The notes under the pieces were generated by a model that worked only from the letters and a program-made list of their open reading frames with translations, was not told the origin of the DNA and ran no database searches. Positions 11,996 to 26,378 of a stretch of DNA of 64,000 bases are shown here, in pieces (position 1 is the first letter of the stretch; each line of letters starts with the position of its first letter). Location of the stretch: positions 22,010,001-22,074,000 of the forward strand of contig OX597826.1 of assembly GCA_951406725.2 (NCBI GenBank), in the 5' to 3' direction. The position numbers and the translations under genes were made by a program. This DNA comes from Octopus vulgaris. Lineage: Eukaryota.

Positions 11996-14895
11996 GAGAT
12001 TTGCGCAGGAGGCCTACTTATTTTAGATAGCTGTATTTTTTAACTGGCAAACCTTTTCAAAATTATATCTGGTTATTTAATTGAATATTAAACTAACAAT
12101 AACTATTAGTTTCTAACACTAGATTAAAAACTATCTTAATCTTCTTGTGTCTGGGAACGATGAAAGACGAAATCTATCCCAGTGGGTTGTCAATTATTTG
12201 TTATTGAAGAGCAGGTTGTCTAACACTTTACAAATATATATCAGTTCTTCACCAAGAAGTTTGCTTCCCATCTACATGTTTTTGGGTTCAGTCCCACTGT
12301 GTGGCACATTGGGCAAGTGTCTTCTACTGTAGGCAGTGTCCCACCATGGTCCCCGTCTAATGACTGAAACAAGTAAAAGATAAAAGATTTATATAGAATC
12401 TTGCATTTTCAAAGATTATTTAAGTAACAATAACTTCCTCATTAACATCTTTTAATTAAACATTTCGTCATTCTCACATAATTAAGATGGACAGTTCTCA
12501 AAGCAAATATTTTGCCTGTTATCTATTATTTATGCTGTATTGCCCTCCTGTTGCTGTTTAGCTAAATGGCAGAATTGGTAGAGTATCAGACAAACTGCTC
12601 TGCAATATTGTAGTTCTTTAAGTTCTGAGTTCATATCCCATGGAATCAACTTTATCTTTCATCTCTTTGAAGGGGTTTATTTAACTGGTTGTACACCATT
12701 ATTCAAGCTGTATGATTTAGAATCTAGTTTTGAAATTTTTGTTAAGCTGTATATGAAGACCCATGCTATTGATGAATCTCTTAATTTTCATTACCAATTA
12801 ATATTGTTGATTTACATCTTAATTCTTCTAGTTTGAAATCTTCTAAGTTTTGATTGATTCTTTTATAAAAACCATTTTTTACTCAGTGGTTTCTTTCCAA
12901 GTTATTTGTTTCTGAATTATAACATTAGGTCATAATAAACCAAACTGGTGAAAAATAGAATAAACTGTCTGTGAGTAATCTAAATTTTAAACTCTTTAAT
13001 TTCATTAATTCTGACTTGAATCTCATCCTTTGTTTTAAATGTTTTGTGCAACCCTCTCTTCGCATATATCTTATTGTCTGGATATCATTAGTGCATTTGT
13101 TCATTATGTTCTTGTCCCATGTTAATATTTCACCTTGATTCACATGTTCAGTAACAAGGATTTGCAAAGGTCATAAACACACTTTATTACGAACTAATAA
13201 AAAACAAAAATGTAGCCATTGTTAACATCTGGACCTTATCTGACCTCTTTGCGCTCTTAAAAGTAAATATATTGCCAATTAGGATTATGGTAAATTTTCT
13301 TACCTCCTACAATCTAGCATTTTCTCTGTCTCGAACTGGAGCACAAATATTTTAAGCTCAATACTATTTAAATTTGTCACATTTAATTGATAAACGCACA
13401 AATTTGGGGTATACTTCAAAGATACAGTTTTGTTTTCATGAACCTTCCACAGCTTTGATACCATTATTGTAAACTTAGAATACTTAAAGTCGACTCTATT
13501 TTTCATTGACAAAACTTGGCCGGGAAAAATATAACTTTCTAAATTACCTTAAAATCTTTTCCTTTTGTCCATTTTCAACAACCAACTGTATACAATGACA
13601 GGGTTCAGGGTAAATTTCTCAAGAAGTTTGCACCCCATCTTCTCTATTCAAAGTCAAGAGATGCTCACTAGGTCTGATACAATTCTTCAATATCCAGGCA
13701 TTTCATTTATAGACATTTTTCAATCTTTCACTTACAAACTCTGCTAGGTTTTCCAATGTCATCCAACTGTATGCTAATGACACATTTAAACTTTCAATCC
13801 TTGTTCTAAAAGATATTAGTAAAGTGACACTCTGTAACTTGAGCTGTAATTTACAAATTTCTTATTACTAGTTAGTTTGTAAACACAAGGTATCAAAAAA
13901 GCCCAAATCCCCTAAGTTTACAATTTGGCAGCTTAATTATGACTAAATCAACTTTTTGTGAACAAGTTACAAATGATGGAGGTGTAAGCTCACAAATCAG
14001 GTATTATTTTGGACTTTCCAGTGTTTTTTTTAATTCTATAATAAACTGAATCCTTTTGGTTTTGATTTGCTGTTGGAAATACTAATAAACCGATTGAAAT
14101 ATTTGGTTCCCGGTTGTGTTATTGTACTTGGTATAATGAAGGAATAAAATAATGTGGTGAGGGGAAGAAAATATTAACCTAATGACTAATTTTATTTACT
14201 CTTGACTCCCAGCTTTATTTATTTTGATTGTCATTTCTTTCTTGATATTCAGCTCTGGTCTCATTAAGAAAGTTGGTTTACCTGAAACAAATTCTAAACA
14301 ATCAGTTACTTGGAATTTATTTTTCTGTTTTCTTTCAAACTTTCTGTTGCTAATTACTTCTTAATTACTAGTTTGTTGCAATGTATAATTATCAGCCTTG
14401 AAAGTTAGCAATAATTATTTAGAAGTTCATCAATATAGATTTTTTTAATAAATGAAGATTTTCTGTTAAAGCCCATCAATATTTGATAAATGTAGGCTTG
14501 TGACTTTAAAATGTTTGCTCAGAATAAAATAGTAATTTGTAGAATGGACATTTGGATGGTAGAAGTTAAAGAGACTTTTCTAGAATTGGTTCAAGTTGTT
14601 CAGTTTCATACCTTTGAATATATATTTCAGTAGATATTATTGAGTAAATTTAGGGATTTTGGAAATAAGTTTTTCTTTCAGTTTTTCTGAATTTTGTAAG
14701 AAATCAGTTGGATATTTTTGGTTTGATATTGGCCTTCTCTTTTGCTAGTGACGAACAGTGGAAGTTCAGCTGTTTTTTGTTTTGTTTGACCCGGAATTGG
14801 TTCCATAGTTGCTTGAACCCTGTCTACAATAGGAATAGGATAAAAGGGTAGGGTGTAATTGTTGTAGTTAATAAATTTTATTTAAATTTCTGTAG

Positions 14896-14994
14896 GTTAG
14901 TAACAGTTAGTTTATTATATATAAACTGGATCTGATCGAAATATTCTTAAAAGATGGATCCTCAAGCGAAATCTTCCATAAAATGTTAATTGAG
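14896..14994 (+). other. Candidate non-coding 5' UTR exon of the ZC3H11A-like gene, containing a uORF
   Basis: tttctgtag acceptor and a perfect gag|gtaagt donor. ATG..TAA at 14954-14989 (MDPQAKSSIKC). Support is splice signals only. Confidence 0.35.
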
Positions 14995-15149
14995 GTAAGT
15001 ATTTAATGATTTTTATTGTCTTATTACTATTAATTCTAGAAAGCTGCTGGTTGTGTGACATGATCAGCTCTGCTCAAATAGCTACTCTGAATATGTTATG
15101 TCAGTTTTGCTATATCTAATATTCTCTCACACATTGTTTCTAATAATAT

Positions 15150-16171
15150 TGTTACACTGCCACCACTCAGGACCCTAGGCATTCCGATTCCACCACGGGC
15201 CCTAAGTCACGATGACGACGCTCAGCAAACCAGAAATCCATCACGGAAAGCGGGGGAAGGCGGCGAACGCAGCCAGGAACCAACACAACAACAAAGAAAG
15301 AGACACAGCAGGCGGAGGTTGCGTGATTTAACAATTTTTTTTTTCAAAACAAAATCAAAACATTCCAAAACAAAGGTTGACAAATCATACACAGAGTTCG
15401 AAAAACAATAAATTGCATTTAAATATAACACAGTTTGAAAAACCAAATCAAATGCATTTAAGCACAATACAGAGTTTGCAAAAAAAACACAAATCGTTCA
15501 ACATTTGACTCAATACAGTTCGGTCTTTTTTTTTAAGACAATCGTTTTGTTTACATTCAGTACAAAGTTCAAGATCAACAGTCTCTCTTGAGTTCCAAGT
15601 TCCTCTTTCTTTTCTTCCTTTCTCTTTTCTTTTCCCTTTCTTTTTTTTAAAACAGTTAAACATCGAAATTCAAACATAAATAAACATTACCGCATGTTCC
15701 TCGTCTACAATACTTCCCTGAATCATCACAAAACTCCCACTATATCAGTCTGGTTTCTCTCTGCCCCCTTCACTGTCATCTTCCTTACTTCCTCTCACTT
15801 GTCATCTCACATTCACTGTCTGTCTTTCTCCAGACCACGCTTGTCATCTTTGTTGTTGCATCTCGCCGACCCCACCATCTCCATCTCACTCCCTTATCCG
15901 CTCCGCTCATGGTCCACCTGACTGACTCTCGCCAACTGACTAACCCCAATGCTAGCCGCATTTATAAAGGGTAGCATTTTTATTTTTTTAAAACTTTCCG
16001 TGACCGTGTTGGGATCATAGGTCACTGTCTAGGATCATTAATTGTCGTGGTCTTGACAGGACAAAGGAGATACCATTGTCCTGAACAACTGGAGCGCCGG
16101 TTCAATTCCAACTAATGGAACAAGGGGCATAATATTTTCTTTTTGTTTACCTTTTTCTTGCCTCCGTAACA
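15150..16171 (-). mobile_element. Solo LTR (Gypsy-like)
   Basis: Inverted termini TGTTAC...GTAACA with a 4-bp TSD ATAT (15146-15149 and 16172-16175). Minus-strand TATAAA near 15965 is followed about 25 nt later by a TCAGT initiator-like motif. Confidence 0.8.
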
Positions 16172-16779
16172 ATATAAATGTTCTCTCTAATTAATGCCAT
16201 ATAGCCTTCTTTACATAGTAGAAAAATAAAATTGTTCTTTTATTTGGGCAAAGATGTGACTTATTAATTGCAGCTGTTGTAAAATAACTTTCTTGAATTT
16301 CTTAAAGTTAGACACTTTCCAAAATCATTCGAATATTTTTAATATAAAGAAGCTTTTATAATTTACAATTTCATTTTTAGACAACTAGCCATTTATTAAT
16401 AATTTTGTTGTGTGACGAGAGAGTTGTTAGTAAGAACAAGTAAAATAAATTCCTTTAAATATTCATGTCACTGGAAGTAGTTGATAGCTTTTGTTAGCTA
16501 AGAATAGGGTGGAATAAGCTGAGGCAGCATCATGTTCCAGTGTCTGCTCTGGCATGTTTTCTCTGCTGGTAACAAAGAATTTCTCTTTTAAAGCGAAGAG
16601 CAGACAATGCTTGTGTACAAAGTGTAATACTGCGTGGTAGCAAGACCTGGGCATTGATTTGCTTTGCTAGAAACAAGTGAAGTGGATTTGTAATGTTAGT
16701 ACTTAATGGACGACATAGTATAAATGAACTGAGAGAAAAAGGTGGCTGTAAGAAGCAGCAGATATTGTGTGCAAGAGAG

Positions 16780-16995
16780 AAGCCTGCTTCTCTGAGCATG
16801 GGATGTGCATGAAGGAGAAGAGTTGTGTAAAGAAATGTTAAGCTGTTGAAGTGGATGGAAACCAAGGAAGACCTGGAATGAAGTCATGGTGACTGATCTT
16901 AGGAAACTAAACCGCATGAAGGAGATGACAAAGGACTATGGTGGTTGATGATGTAGTGGTGGGGAAGAGCCATGAACTGATGCAAGCATGGCAAA
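16780..16995 (+). mobile_element. Degraded RTE LINE 3' fragment
   Basis: Encodes a KPRKTWNEV-like RTE C-terminus and ends in tgcaagcatggcaaaa. Confidence 0.55.
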
Positions 16996-17169
16996 ATTGT
17001 TTTTTAATTATTAACCGTTTTATGTATCTAAATATATATTTGCCATTCTGGGCAGATACTTTATTGACTCAGAAATAACGAAGGACAAAGTTAACCTAAG
17101 TGGAATTTGAACTCAGAATATAGTGGGCCAGGACAAATATTACAAGACATTCTATTTGCTGCTCTCACG

Positions 17170-17520
17170 TATCTGTCAATATCTGGTTGTCTCACCTCTA
17201 TGCCTTGATCGCACTGCATGTTAAAATCCCAGAGTATTTTGTAATGTTAGTTTTCCATTACTCCCTCTGGCTTGTGTTCATATCCTTGTTTGGCTCTCTC
17301 GAGGTTTGCTTTACTGCACAACAGCCAGTGCACATATCTGGCCACATTGTCATGTCTCCTTTTGTATCTGCATTGTGCAAGCTTACAGCACTCACTAACA
17401 ATATGGCTTATACTTTCTCCCTTCTCAGAACACATCCTACACTGTGGTGAGTCAGTGCTTTTATCAGTGTGATATTTGGAGTAGTTTATTCTGAGAGCTT
17501 GTTCTGTTGCTGTTGTTGCA
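17170..17520 (-). mobile_element. Dong/R4-type (RLE) LINE fragment
   Basis: CRMC..ESISHIVSEC zinc knuckle, YKRRHDNVA, KILWDF and RQPDI, with stop codons. Confidence 0.8.
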
Positions 17521-17522
17521 AT

Positions 17523-17745
17523 GAGCTGGCAGAATTGTTTGCATGCCGGAAAAAGTGCTCAGCAGCATTTTGTTTGCCTTTACAATCTGAGTTCAAATTC
17601 TACTGCGGGTAACTTTGCCTTTCATCCTTTGAAGGTCAGTAAAATAAGTATCAGTTCGACATTGGCATTGAAATAATCAATTAACCCCTCTCCCAAATTT
17701 CAGGCCTTGTGACTGCAATAGGAAGGATTATTATTATTATTATTA
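17523..17745 (+). mobile_element. Second tRNA-derived SINE family (Meta/Sauria-like central segment), with (TTA)n tail
   Basis: gagctggcagaa...gagttcaaattc...tttgcctttcatcc. Related copies at about 12560, 17040 (-), 31791 and 56120. Confidence 0.7.
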
Positions 17746-17954
17746 TTTATCTCTCTCTCTCTCTATTAACCTCCCACCTTTATTCATAATCTTTTCCCAT
17801 TCCTTTTCTTCTCTGTCCCCTTGCCTTCAGTGAATAACATATTATTAAGTAGTGAGGACTCTTTTAAACTTATTTGGTGCAAGGTAACCCCACCTGATTT
17901 GATGCCATGATTAATTGCACCCCTTACACTCTGTAAAGGAGTTATAGACATGAC

Positions 17955-18356
17955 AACTGGCACTCAAGCCCCGTGCTAGTAGGGTATTAAGAGCACCATC
18001 CAAGCGTGATCGCTGCCAGAGTGGCTATCCGGCTTCCGTGCTGGTGGCACGTAAAAGGCACCATTTGAGCGTGATTGTTACCAGCATCGCCTTACTGGCA
18101 CCTGTGCCAGTGGCATGTGTAAAAGATTCAAGCAAGGTCGTTGCCAGTACTGCCTGACTGGCCCCGTGCTGGTGGCATGTAAAAGCACCCACTACACTCA
18201 TGGAGTGGTTGGCGTTAAGAAGGGCATCCAGCTGTAGAAACCCTGCCAGATCAAGATTGAAGCCTGGTGCAGGCATCTGGTTCGCCGGCCCTCAGTCAAA
18301 TCGTCCAACCTATGCTAGCATGGAAAGCGGATGTTAAACGTTGATGATGATGATGA
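17955..18356 (+). mobile_element. RTE-tail retroposon/SINE with (TGA)n tail
   Basis: Internal ggcacgtaaaa..cacc repeats, gggcatccagctgtagaaa, then gctagcatggaaagcggatgttaaac and (TGA)n. Confidence 0.8.
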
Positions 18357-18665
18357 CAGCCTCTCCAATACTGGCATCCCTGTAAAATGCATCCGGTGCT
18401 TATCAAACAAATTCCTTTGAAATATTTGTTTTGCACCTATTTATAGACACTCTCTTTAAACAAAAGTATGAACCAATAATTGAATCTGTAGAAACCTGTA
18501 ATAAATGATGTTTGTTAGCTGTGTAAAATGAATGTGGTACTTCAGAATTACAATTTAGACCACCAGTCTTGCTCATTTTAATACATTTCCCTATTTAAAT
18601 TAATTTTCCCTCTAATAGCATCATAAAGAAAAACATATTTTATTAAATTTCTCCAAATTCTAGAT

Positions 18666-20500
18666 TCATCATCATCATCATCATTTAACATCTGTTTTCC
18701 ATGCTGGCATGGGTTAAACAGTTTGACTGGGGTCTGGGAAGCCAGGAGGCTGCGCCAAGCCCTAATCTGATCTGGCAGTGTTAGCTGGATGCCTTTCCTA
18801 ATGCCAACCACTCTGAGAGAGTAGTGGGTGCTTTTTACATGTCACTCGCACCGGCCAGAGGAGCTGGCATTGACCATGATCGAATGGTGCTTTTTACGTG
18901 CTACCGGCACGGGGGTCACAACTACAGTTTCCATTTGACTTGATTTTGATATTGCTGTTGATGTACTTGACTGAATAGGTCTCCTCAAGCACAGCAGGTC
19001 ATCCTACAATCCAAGGTACTTTTGAGTGGGCTGGTTATACGACACTAGTGTAGAATACAGCTATGGACTCACTTTATTTGCCAGGTCTTCTCAGTCGCAG
19101 CATACCTCCAGAGGTCTCAGTCTTTTGTTATTGCCTCTGTGAGGCCCAACATTTGAAAGTCATGCTTCACCACTTCATCCCATATCTTCCTAGGTCTCCT
19201 TTTACTGCAGATTCCTTCCACTGTTTGGGAGTGGCACTTCTTCACACTGCTCTCCTCGTCCATCTGTAGTACATGACCATACCAACGCAAATGTCTCTCT
19301 TGCATGCCACATCCGATGCTTCTTATATCTAACATTTCTCTCGGGGCACTTACACTCTGTTGTTTGTGCACACTGACTTTACACATCTAGCGGATCATGC
19401 TAGCTCCATTTCTTTCATGCCTACGCATGTCTTCAGCAGTCACGGCCCATATTTCACTGCCGAGAAGGATGGCTGTTCGCACACAAGCATCGTACAATCT
19501 ACCTACCTTTCACTCTGAGCAAGAGGCCCTTTGTCACCAGTAGGGATAAAAGCTGTCTGAAATTTGCCCAGGCAATTCTTTTTCTATTGGTAACACTCTC
19601 TGAGCATCTACCCCCACTACAGGCTTGATCACCTAGGTAGCAGAAGCTATCAACTACTTCTAGTTTCTCCCCCTGGCATATGATGGAGTCTGTTTTCTGA
19701 GCATCTGTGGTATTTATTGCCCCTGTGCATCTGCTGCACCTCTTACATATCCATAGCTTACACTGGGTACATCTTATGGAGTTTCTACCTACACCTTTTC
19801 TACAGATTGAGCAGGTTCATCTACTGAAGGGGTGTATGATGTGTTCACCTTCCTACTTACTAGAACTTTGGTCTTTGCAACATTGACTCTAAGGCCCTTC
19901 GATTCTAAATCTTGCATCCAGACTTGAAGTTTCTTCTCTAATTCTAGTAGTGATTCTGCTATGAGGGCCAGGTCATCAGCATAGAAGAGCTCCCAGGGGC
20001 AACCCGTCTTGAATTCCTCTGTCATTGCCTGGAGGACTATGATGAATTAAAGGGGACTTCTACCTGGAATTTTTCTCTGCTCATTTCCAATCCTAACCCT
20101 ACTAACGACATCTGTGTACAGGGCCTGTACAGCCCTTATTAACCATTCGTCAATCCCCAGTTTCCACAATGCCCACCAGATAAGAGATTGGGGGACCCTG
20201 TCAAAGGCTTTCTCCAAGTCCACAAAGACTAAATATAGGGCTTTATCTTTGGCTAGGTATTTCTCCTGCAGTTGCCGTACCAGGAATATAGCATCAAAAC
20301 CAAACAGCATTTCCTCTAAGCAGGCTCTCTCACTAATTATTTGGGCTATGACCCTCTCCATGACCTTCATCACCTAATTCAGCAGTTTGATACCCCTGTT
20401 GTTATTTCTATCAAAAGCATTACCTTTACCCTTGTAGCAGTTGACTATGGTGCTGCTACACCATTCATTGGGTATGACTCCATCATGCACTACCTGGTTT
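18666..20500 (-). mobile_element. Decayed RTE-clade LINE (RT, 3' UTR and (TGA)n tail)
   Basis: DAIFLVRQLQEK, FVDLEKAFDRVP, ELFYADDL, LRWYGHV and RPRKIW across frameshifted ORFs. It runs into the shared RTE/SINE tail. Confidence 0.9.
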
Positions 20501-20901
20501 ACAATGTGGGTGACTATTTACAAAATTAATTGAAACAATATATTATAAATATTATAGTCATGGATGAACTAAGTAAAAAAAGAAGAGAATTCCATTTAAT
20601 TTAATAACTATTTTAACTGACATTGTATATCTCAAATTTTATTAATGTAATATTGTAACTACTTCTGTTTTGCAGGTTTTACCCTCAACCAAACCCAAAT
20701 TTTATGATTTTGAAGAAAAGTGTATGAACTAAATATTATTTCAAAGAAATGGAAAGAAAGTTACATCTCTGTTATATGCTGTAACAAGGGGACAAAGTAA
20801 AAAAAAAAGCACCAAAAGAAAACCAGTTATATTTTTGTAACAGGAAAATATCTTTTTTTAAGAATTGTTCAGCTTTTTTTTGTTGTTAACTAGAAACGAA
20901 A

Positions 20902-20955
20902 ATGGCCCAGTTTGGAGATGATTGCTATTTCTATTATTATTCATCCTGTGCTAAG
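20902..20955 (+). CDS. ZC3H11A: ZC3H11A-like coding exon 1 (exon probably starts at 20676 with 5' UTR)
   Basis: MAQFGDDCYFYYYSSCAK|gtaaga matches the ZC3H11A N-terminus (vertebrate MPNQGEDCYFFFYSTCTK). Acceptor ttttgcag ends at 20675. Confidence 0.92.
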
Positions 20956-22195
20956 GTAAGAAGATTGGTTTTGATTATATTTTATTTTATATATGATTCT
21001 TTCAATGGTTATCTCACTGAAATCTGGAATCTCTCTCAGACTTGTTCATTCTTGCAACATTTAGTAGTAACTTCAATACAAAATATCAATGATTTTAAAA
21101 TTTCTGTTCATTCAAGCATGTAACTGGCTTGAACCCCAGGTAATTGCTGATTGAAGCAAGTCTATGGTAAAAGATGTTCCAACCATGACCCTCTTTTCAG
21201 ATCTATGTAGGACTACTTTATCTAATATGTTCTTTGTGTAAGATTGAAGCTGATTTTACTGCTACTTCTAGCCTATCAAACCTGGATGTTAATGTGTTAT
21301 AGGTGCATTGTAACTGTAAAATGTGGTACCTACAAATTTGATGCTCCAATTGTAAGGAATCTGAAGGACTTCAAATTCACACCTACCTTAACATTACTTT
21401 TAAAATATCTATGAAAACAAATCTTAAATGTGATGTTGATGGCAGACCTGTATCTTAAATTATTCAGGTCTTTGCTGATTCTATTGTTTTTAGCACCTTT
21501 ATACATCACCTTTCTATCAGCACCATTCATCCACTCTTAGTTCCTTTTTTCCACTGAAATATTGTGAGATCCTTTCAAAAAATTTATCTTGATTGATGAA
21601 ATCAGAAATTTTTTTCACAGTTGTTTTTCCAGAAATCTAGAATCTATTGTTTCACAACTAGTACAAGCCCAAATTATAATTCTCTTACCAAATCTTAGCT
21701 TTATTCTATTATTTTCATAAGTTGTTCCATTTTGCTTCCTCTCTAATTCCTTCAACTTTGTAGCCATTAATGCTGTTAACTTTCTTTCACATCCTGATTA
21801 ATAAACCCAGAGATGAATTCAGGTGACCTTCGGAAAGGTTAACTGCAGCCTCCAGAAACAAGTAGAATGTTTGAGGCGAAATCGTTACATTAGAATATAT
21901 TGGTTTTGATAATAATGTTTTCTTTATTTAGATAATAATAATAATAATAATAATCTTGAATTATTATATCTAACCAGCAGATTTGACCCATTTCTAACAA
22001 ATGTAAATTGGATATTTCTGTTCCCAGTTTAAATTGTAGTTATCCTAGTATTTTGGATCTTAAAAATCTTATTGCCATGTCTATTGTCATACTTGATTAT
22101 AGTGAATATTGTTCAAATGGTAAATGAGAATGTGGATTACATCCCATTTTGAAATAATTAAAAGTTGTGAGTGTTTTAATTTCTAATTTTATCAG

Positions 22196-22315
22196 GGTGA
22201 TAATTGCATCTATAGACATTGTCCTGAAGCCCTTGGGAACGAGGTAATATGTACCAATTGGCGAAAAGGAAACTGTTATCGAAACGGATGCATGTTTCGA
22301 CATATGGACATAAAA
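22196..22315 (+). CDS. ZC3H11A: ZC3H11A-like coding exon 2
   Basis: atcag|GDNCIYRHCPEALGNEVICTNWRKGNCYRNGCMFRHMDIK|gtaagt, phase 0-0. Completes CCCH finger 1 and encodes finger 2. Confidence 0.93.
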
Positions 22316-23795
22316 GTAAGTTTCTGAGAATTTCTCTCATAAAGTCTAAACTAACAATTTAATTTCATTAAAGAGTTTATTATTTATTTGATATATTTTG
22401 AGTTGATTATGAAGGATTTAATTCTGCATTGATGTTGCGGTAATGATAAAATAATTTCAACTTGTCACTGCTTCAAAAACATTTCTTTCTTGATTTGTCA
22501 AATTTCATCTTCTCATAAAATGTGTGTGTGTGTGTGTGTGCATGTTTATCTTTGTGTTTCTTCAGATTAACACTTCTTGAGTTGTACTTTTCCATGTCCC
22601 CCATAACCAAAATTACAGCAGCCCAGTCAATTGACTTGTAAAGATGTTGGCATCAGGAACAGCATTTCGAGAAGAACTTCCTCAAAACTATTTGCCTGCA
22701 TGAAGAAAGCAGATGTAAAGCTATAGCCCCAGGTTGACCAAAGGCTTTGAATGGATTTGGTAGACAGAAACTGAAAAAGCTTTTGTGCGTGTGTGAGAGA
22801 GAGAGACTCTCTCTCTTTGCCTCCATTCCCAGCTTAGAAACAAGTGGGGGTAGGCAACAGGAAGGGTATCCAACTGTAGAAAACCCACCTTAACAAGATT
22901 CTGTCCACTCATGCAAACATGTAAAAGTTTATATAAAAATGATTGTCGTTTAATGTCCACTTTCCCATGCTTGCATGGGTCAGACGAAATTTGTTGAAGC
23001 AGATTTACTATGGCTGTCACCAACCATCCCGTTTCCAAGGAAAATAATAATATGCCGTGGCCAGACGTTTTTCTTGGAAGATTGGAAATGAATAATGTTG
23101 ATTGTATGAGATTTGCTTACCACCATTACATGATATCGAGACAAGGGCACACACACACCACACACAACAGGTTTATTTCAGTTTCCATTCTACCAAATCC
23201 ACTCATACTTAGACATAGAAACAAATCAGATCTTATAGTCGACAGAAATAATGACTGGTGTATGTGCACACACATACATAGACACAATATATAGAATTCA
23301 TCATCATTGTTTAGCATTCGATTTCTATACTGGCACAAGTTGGTCAGTTTGGCTGGAACTGGTAAACCAGAGAGCTGCACCAGGCTCCATTTGTTTGTTT
23401 TGGGCTTGGTTTCTATGACTGGATACCCTTCCTAATGCCAACCACTCCACAAAGTGTACTGGGTGCCATTTACGTGTCACTGGCATGGGAGCCGTTTACG
23501 TGTTACTGGCACAGGTGCCTCTTATGTGTCACTGACACGGGTGCCTTTTATCTCTCTCACTCACACACAAAGATAAAAATCTTTGTGTGTGTGAGAGAGA
23601 GACTGGTACATTTTTTTACTGTTTACATTGTTTTCTTGCTTTTTTGGTTTAGTGCATTTAAAACTATTTAAAAATCAGTAAGCTTAATTTTATTTCAAGT
23701 TTCATAACTTGAATATATAAAATCTGTGTATGAAATTGGTGGCAGTTGTTAGTTTCCTCTCTGAGAGGATTAATTTGACACCAAATTCTTTATAG

Positions 23796-23939
<144 letters not shown>

Positions 23940-24401
23940 TAATTAACTTATTTGTTTAACTGCTTTAATAGAAAAGTAAATGGTGAAAAATATGTCACAA
24001 TCTGATAGGAAATATTTCCAAGAATATTTTATTTTAAATCTTCGACTTTTTCATGGTTATATCTGTAATTAAAATTCACAGCCCATGTTTTTAATTGTTT
24101 TCAAAGATATTTTAACCAACCTCTGTTTATTTTTCTTCTGTATTCTATGCTGGCAATGAAAATGGTATAAAATTGCTTTTATATTCTTTGAAGATAAATA
24201 TCTGTTTTGTAGTTGGCTTCATGAAATTTTCCACTTCATTATTTGAATTTCTAATAATTATGTTTTTCAAATGACATTTACAAAGTAATTCTGCTATGGT
24301 GAGAGTATTTTAGAATATTTTGAAATCACAAAACTCAGAATGTAACACTGTATTGAACACTGTATTGATCTTCTGTTGTCCAATTCCTTTTCTTCTTGTA
24401 G

Positions 24402-24515
24402 CACCATCAGACAAAAAAGACATCGTCAAAAGCATTCTGAAAACAAATTCACCAGAACCAGCAGAGAAAATAGTTCCTCAAAAGGTTGAACCTGTTGTTG
24501 TAAATCCACTTGAAG
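24402..24515 (+). CDS. ZC3H11A: ZC3H11A-like coding exon 4
   Basis: Polypyrimidine tract then tgtag|APSDKKDIV...PVVVNPLE|gt. 114 nt, phase 1-1, in frame. Confidence 0.8.
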
Positions 24516-24779
24516 GTTTGTTTAAAAACCGAATTTTTCTAAATTTAATCTGGTTCCTACAAGATACAGAAGCCCTTTGTGGGTGTGTATTTGTTTGCTT
24601 TATGTCTGTATTTTTGTTTCCCATGCTAACATTTGCTCGATAAATACATGTTATTGGGACCTATCTCTGACCCGTTTTTCAAAGAAGGGAGTTTTCATGC
24701 CACCTGTTTTTGAAAGTGCAGAGTTAGTGGATGATTTGTTGAGTGAGAATGTCAACAAACATTGCCATTTGTAGCTCTC

Positions 24780-24821
<42 letters not shown>

Positions 24822-26273
24822 GTCTGTACAGTTTCTGTCTATCAAATCCAGTAACAAGGCATTGGTCAGCCCAGGTTATAACAGAAGACTCTTGCTTAAG
24901 CTTCGGTGTAGTGGGACTGAACATGAAACTCTGTGGTTGACTGAGGTGCATTGAAGTAGATTTTCTATGGCCAGATGCTCTCCTGTTGCCCACCCTCACC
25001 CCTTTCCAGACAAAGTAATATTTCCCCATGGCTGGACATGTTTTTCATGAAAGATTAGAAACAAATGACTCCACTTGTATGGTGGTGACAATTATGCTGT
25101 GTCCAGACAAGTAAGCACACCCATGCACATACAGTAGGCTTTCAGTTTCTGTCTACCAAATCCACTCAAAAGGCTTTGGTCAGCTTAGTGCTATAAGCAG
25201 CAATGTTTCTCCAAGGTTACACACGTGCACAAGAGGGAGAAAAACACCCATGTATATTAAAGTGCATGTAGAGAGTTCTTTGTTGGTTTGTATTAAGACC
25301 CTGAATGTGGCCTGTAACTCTGGTTGTGCCATGAATAAGCCTGGCTCCATTTCTTCATTGAAGAACTTTCTTTCCCTATATTTCCTCAAAACATTGACTC
25401 CTATAAAAGATGCTGATTCCAGCCTCTTTTTGTGGTGCTACTGCAACCCTGCTAAGACAAAGATGTTTGCTCATCTCTTGCTTGGTTTAAATTAACCAGT
25501 AAGTGTGGGGAAAGAGTTTAGTTATTAATGGTCATCCTATGGGATAGACACAAAATTACTGACAGACCAAGCTTAATTGATGGAGGTCTTCCCAGAGTTG
25601 TTCAAACTGTTAGAAATAGTATTTGAATCTTCTTCAAATTGCATACTATCCTCTTAAATAAAAAAAAGAATTCATTGGACAGTGTTCTTGCTCAAAAAGT
25701 GAGACAGTCTTGCCTGGAACATATTTTCTCAGAATTCAGCTAAATCAGGCTGACATGGGACAAAACAGCTTTTCTTTACTCTCCATGCCAAAGTTGTCAA
25801 AGACAGTGATGTCCATTTTTAGTTTTTTTTTAACAAAAATGGAAAACTGTACAAAGAAGACCATTTTAAAGAAAAAGAAAATGACAAGTGCCACCTAATT
25901 TATGGTAATAAATTAACTTTTGAAGATTATTTAAAGGAAATAATCAAAAGAAATGGTCAGAACTTGGGAAATATTACAAGTGGTTTCTTTATATTTTTAG
26001 TTCAGTTCTTTGTAAAACTTTTTTTGTAAAACAGTTTATGTGGTAATCATCGTCGTCATCATTTAAATCCGTTTTCCATACTGGCATGAGAACAGAATTG
26101 CTACATTTTCACATAAATATCTAAGGTTTACTTTAATCTTGGAAGATTCATAGAATTTTCAAAGGCTTTTGTTAAGAAAAGTTGTATCTTTAAAAGTGTG
26201 AGAAATAGTTGAAATTATATAATTTCTTTTTACAGTCTTACAGTGTTTTATAATTTATAAAATCTTTTAATAG

Positions 26274-26378
26274 AATCTGATCAAGAAAGTAGTCCATTAA
26301 TTAAGAAAGTCAGCCCTGAAGAAAAACCATTGGAAGAGAAGCAGCGTGTGAATGCTCTGAAAAGACTTGGTCCAAAAT
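26274..26378 (+). CDS. ZC3H11A: ZC3H11A-like coding exon 5
   Basis: aatag|ESDQESSPLIKK...KRLGPK|gtagg. 105 nt, phase 1-1, in frame. Confidence 0.75.

Noticed and set aside
12925-13805. Possible minus-strand exons or transposase relic (RRWGANF-like words, donor-like sites at 13303 and 13735)
   Set aside because: Multiple stops, no consistent frame and no TPR similarity to continue TTC6; cannot be supported without a search.
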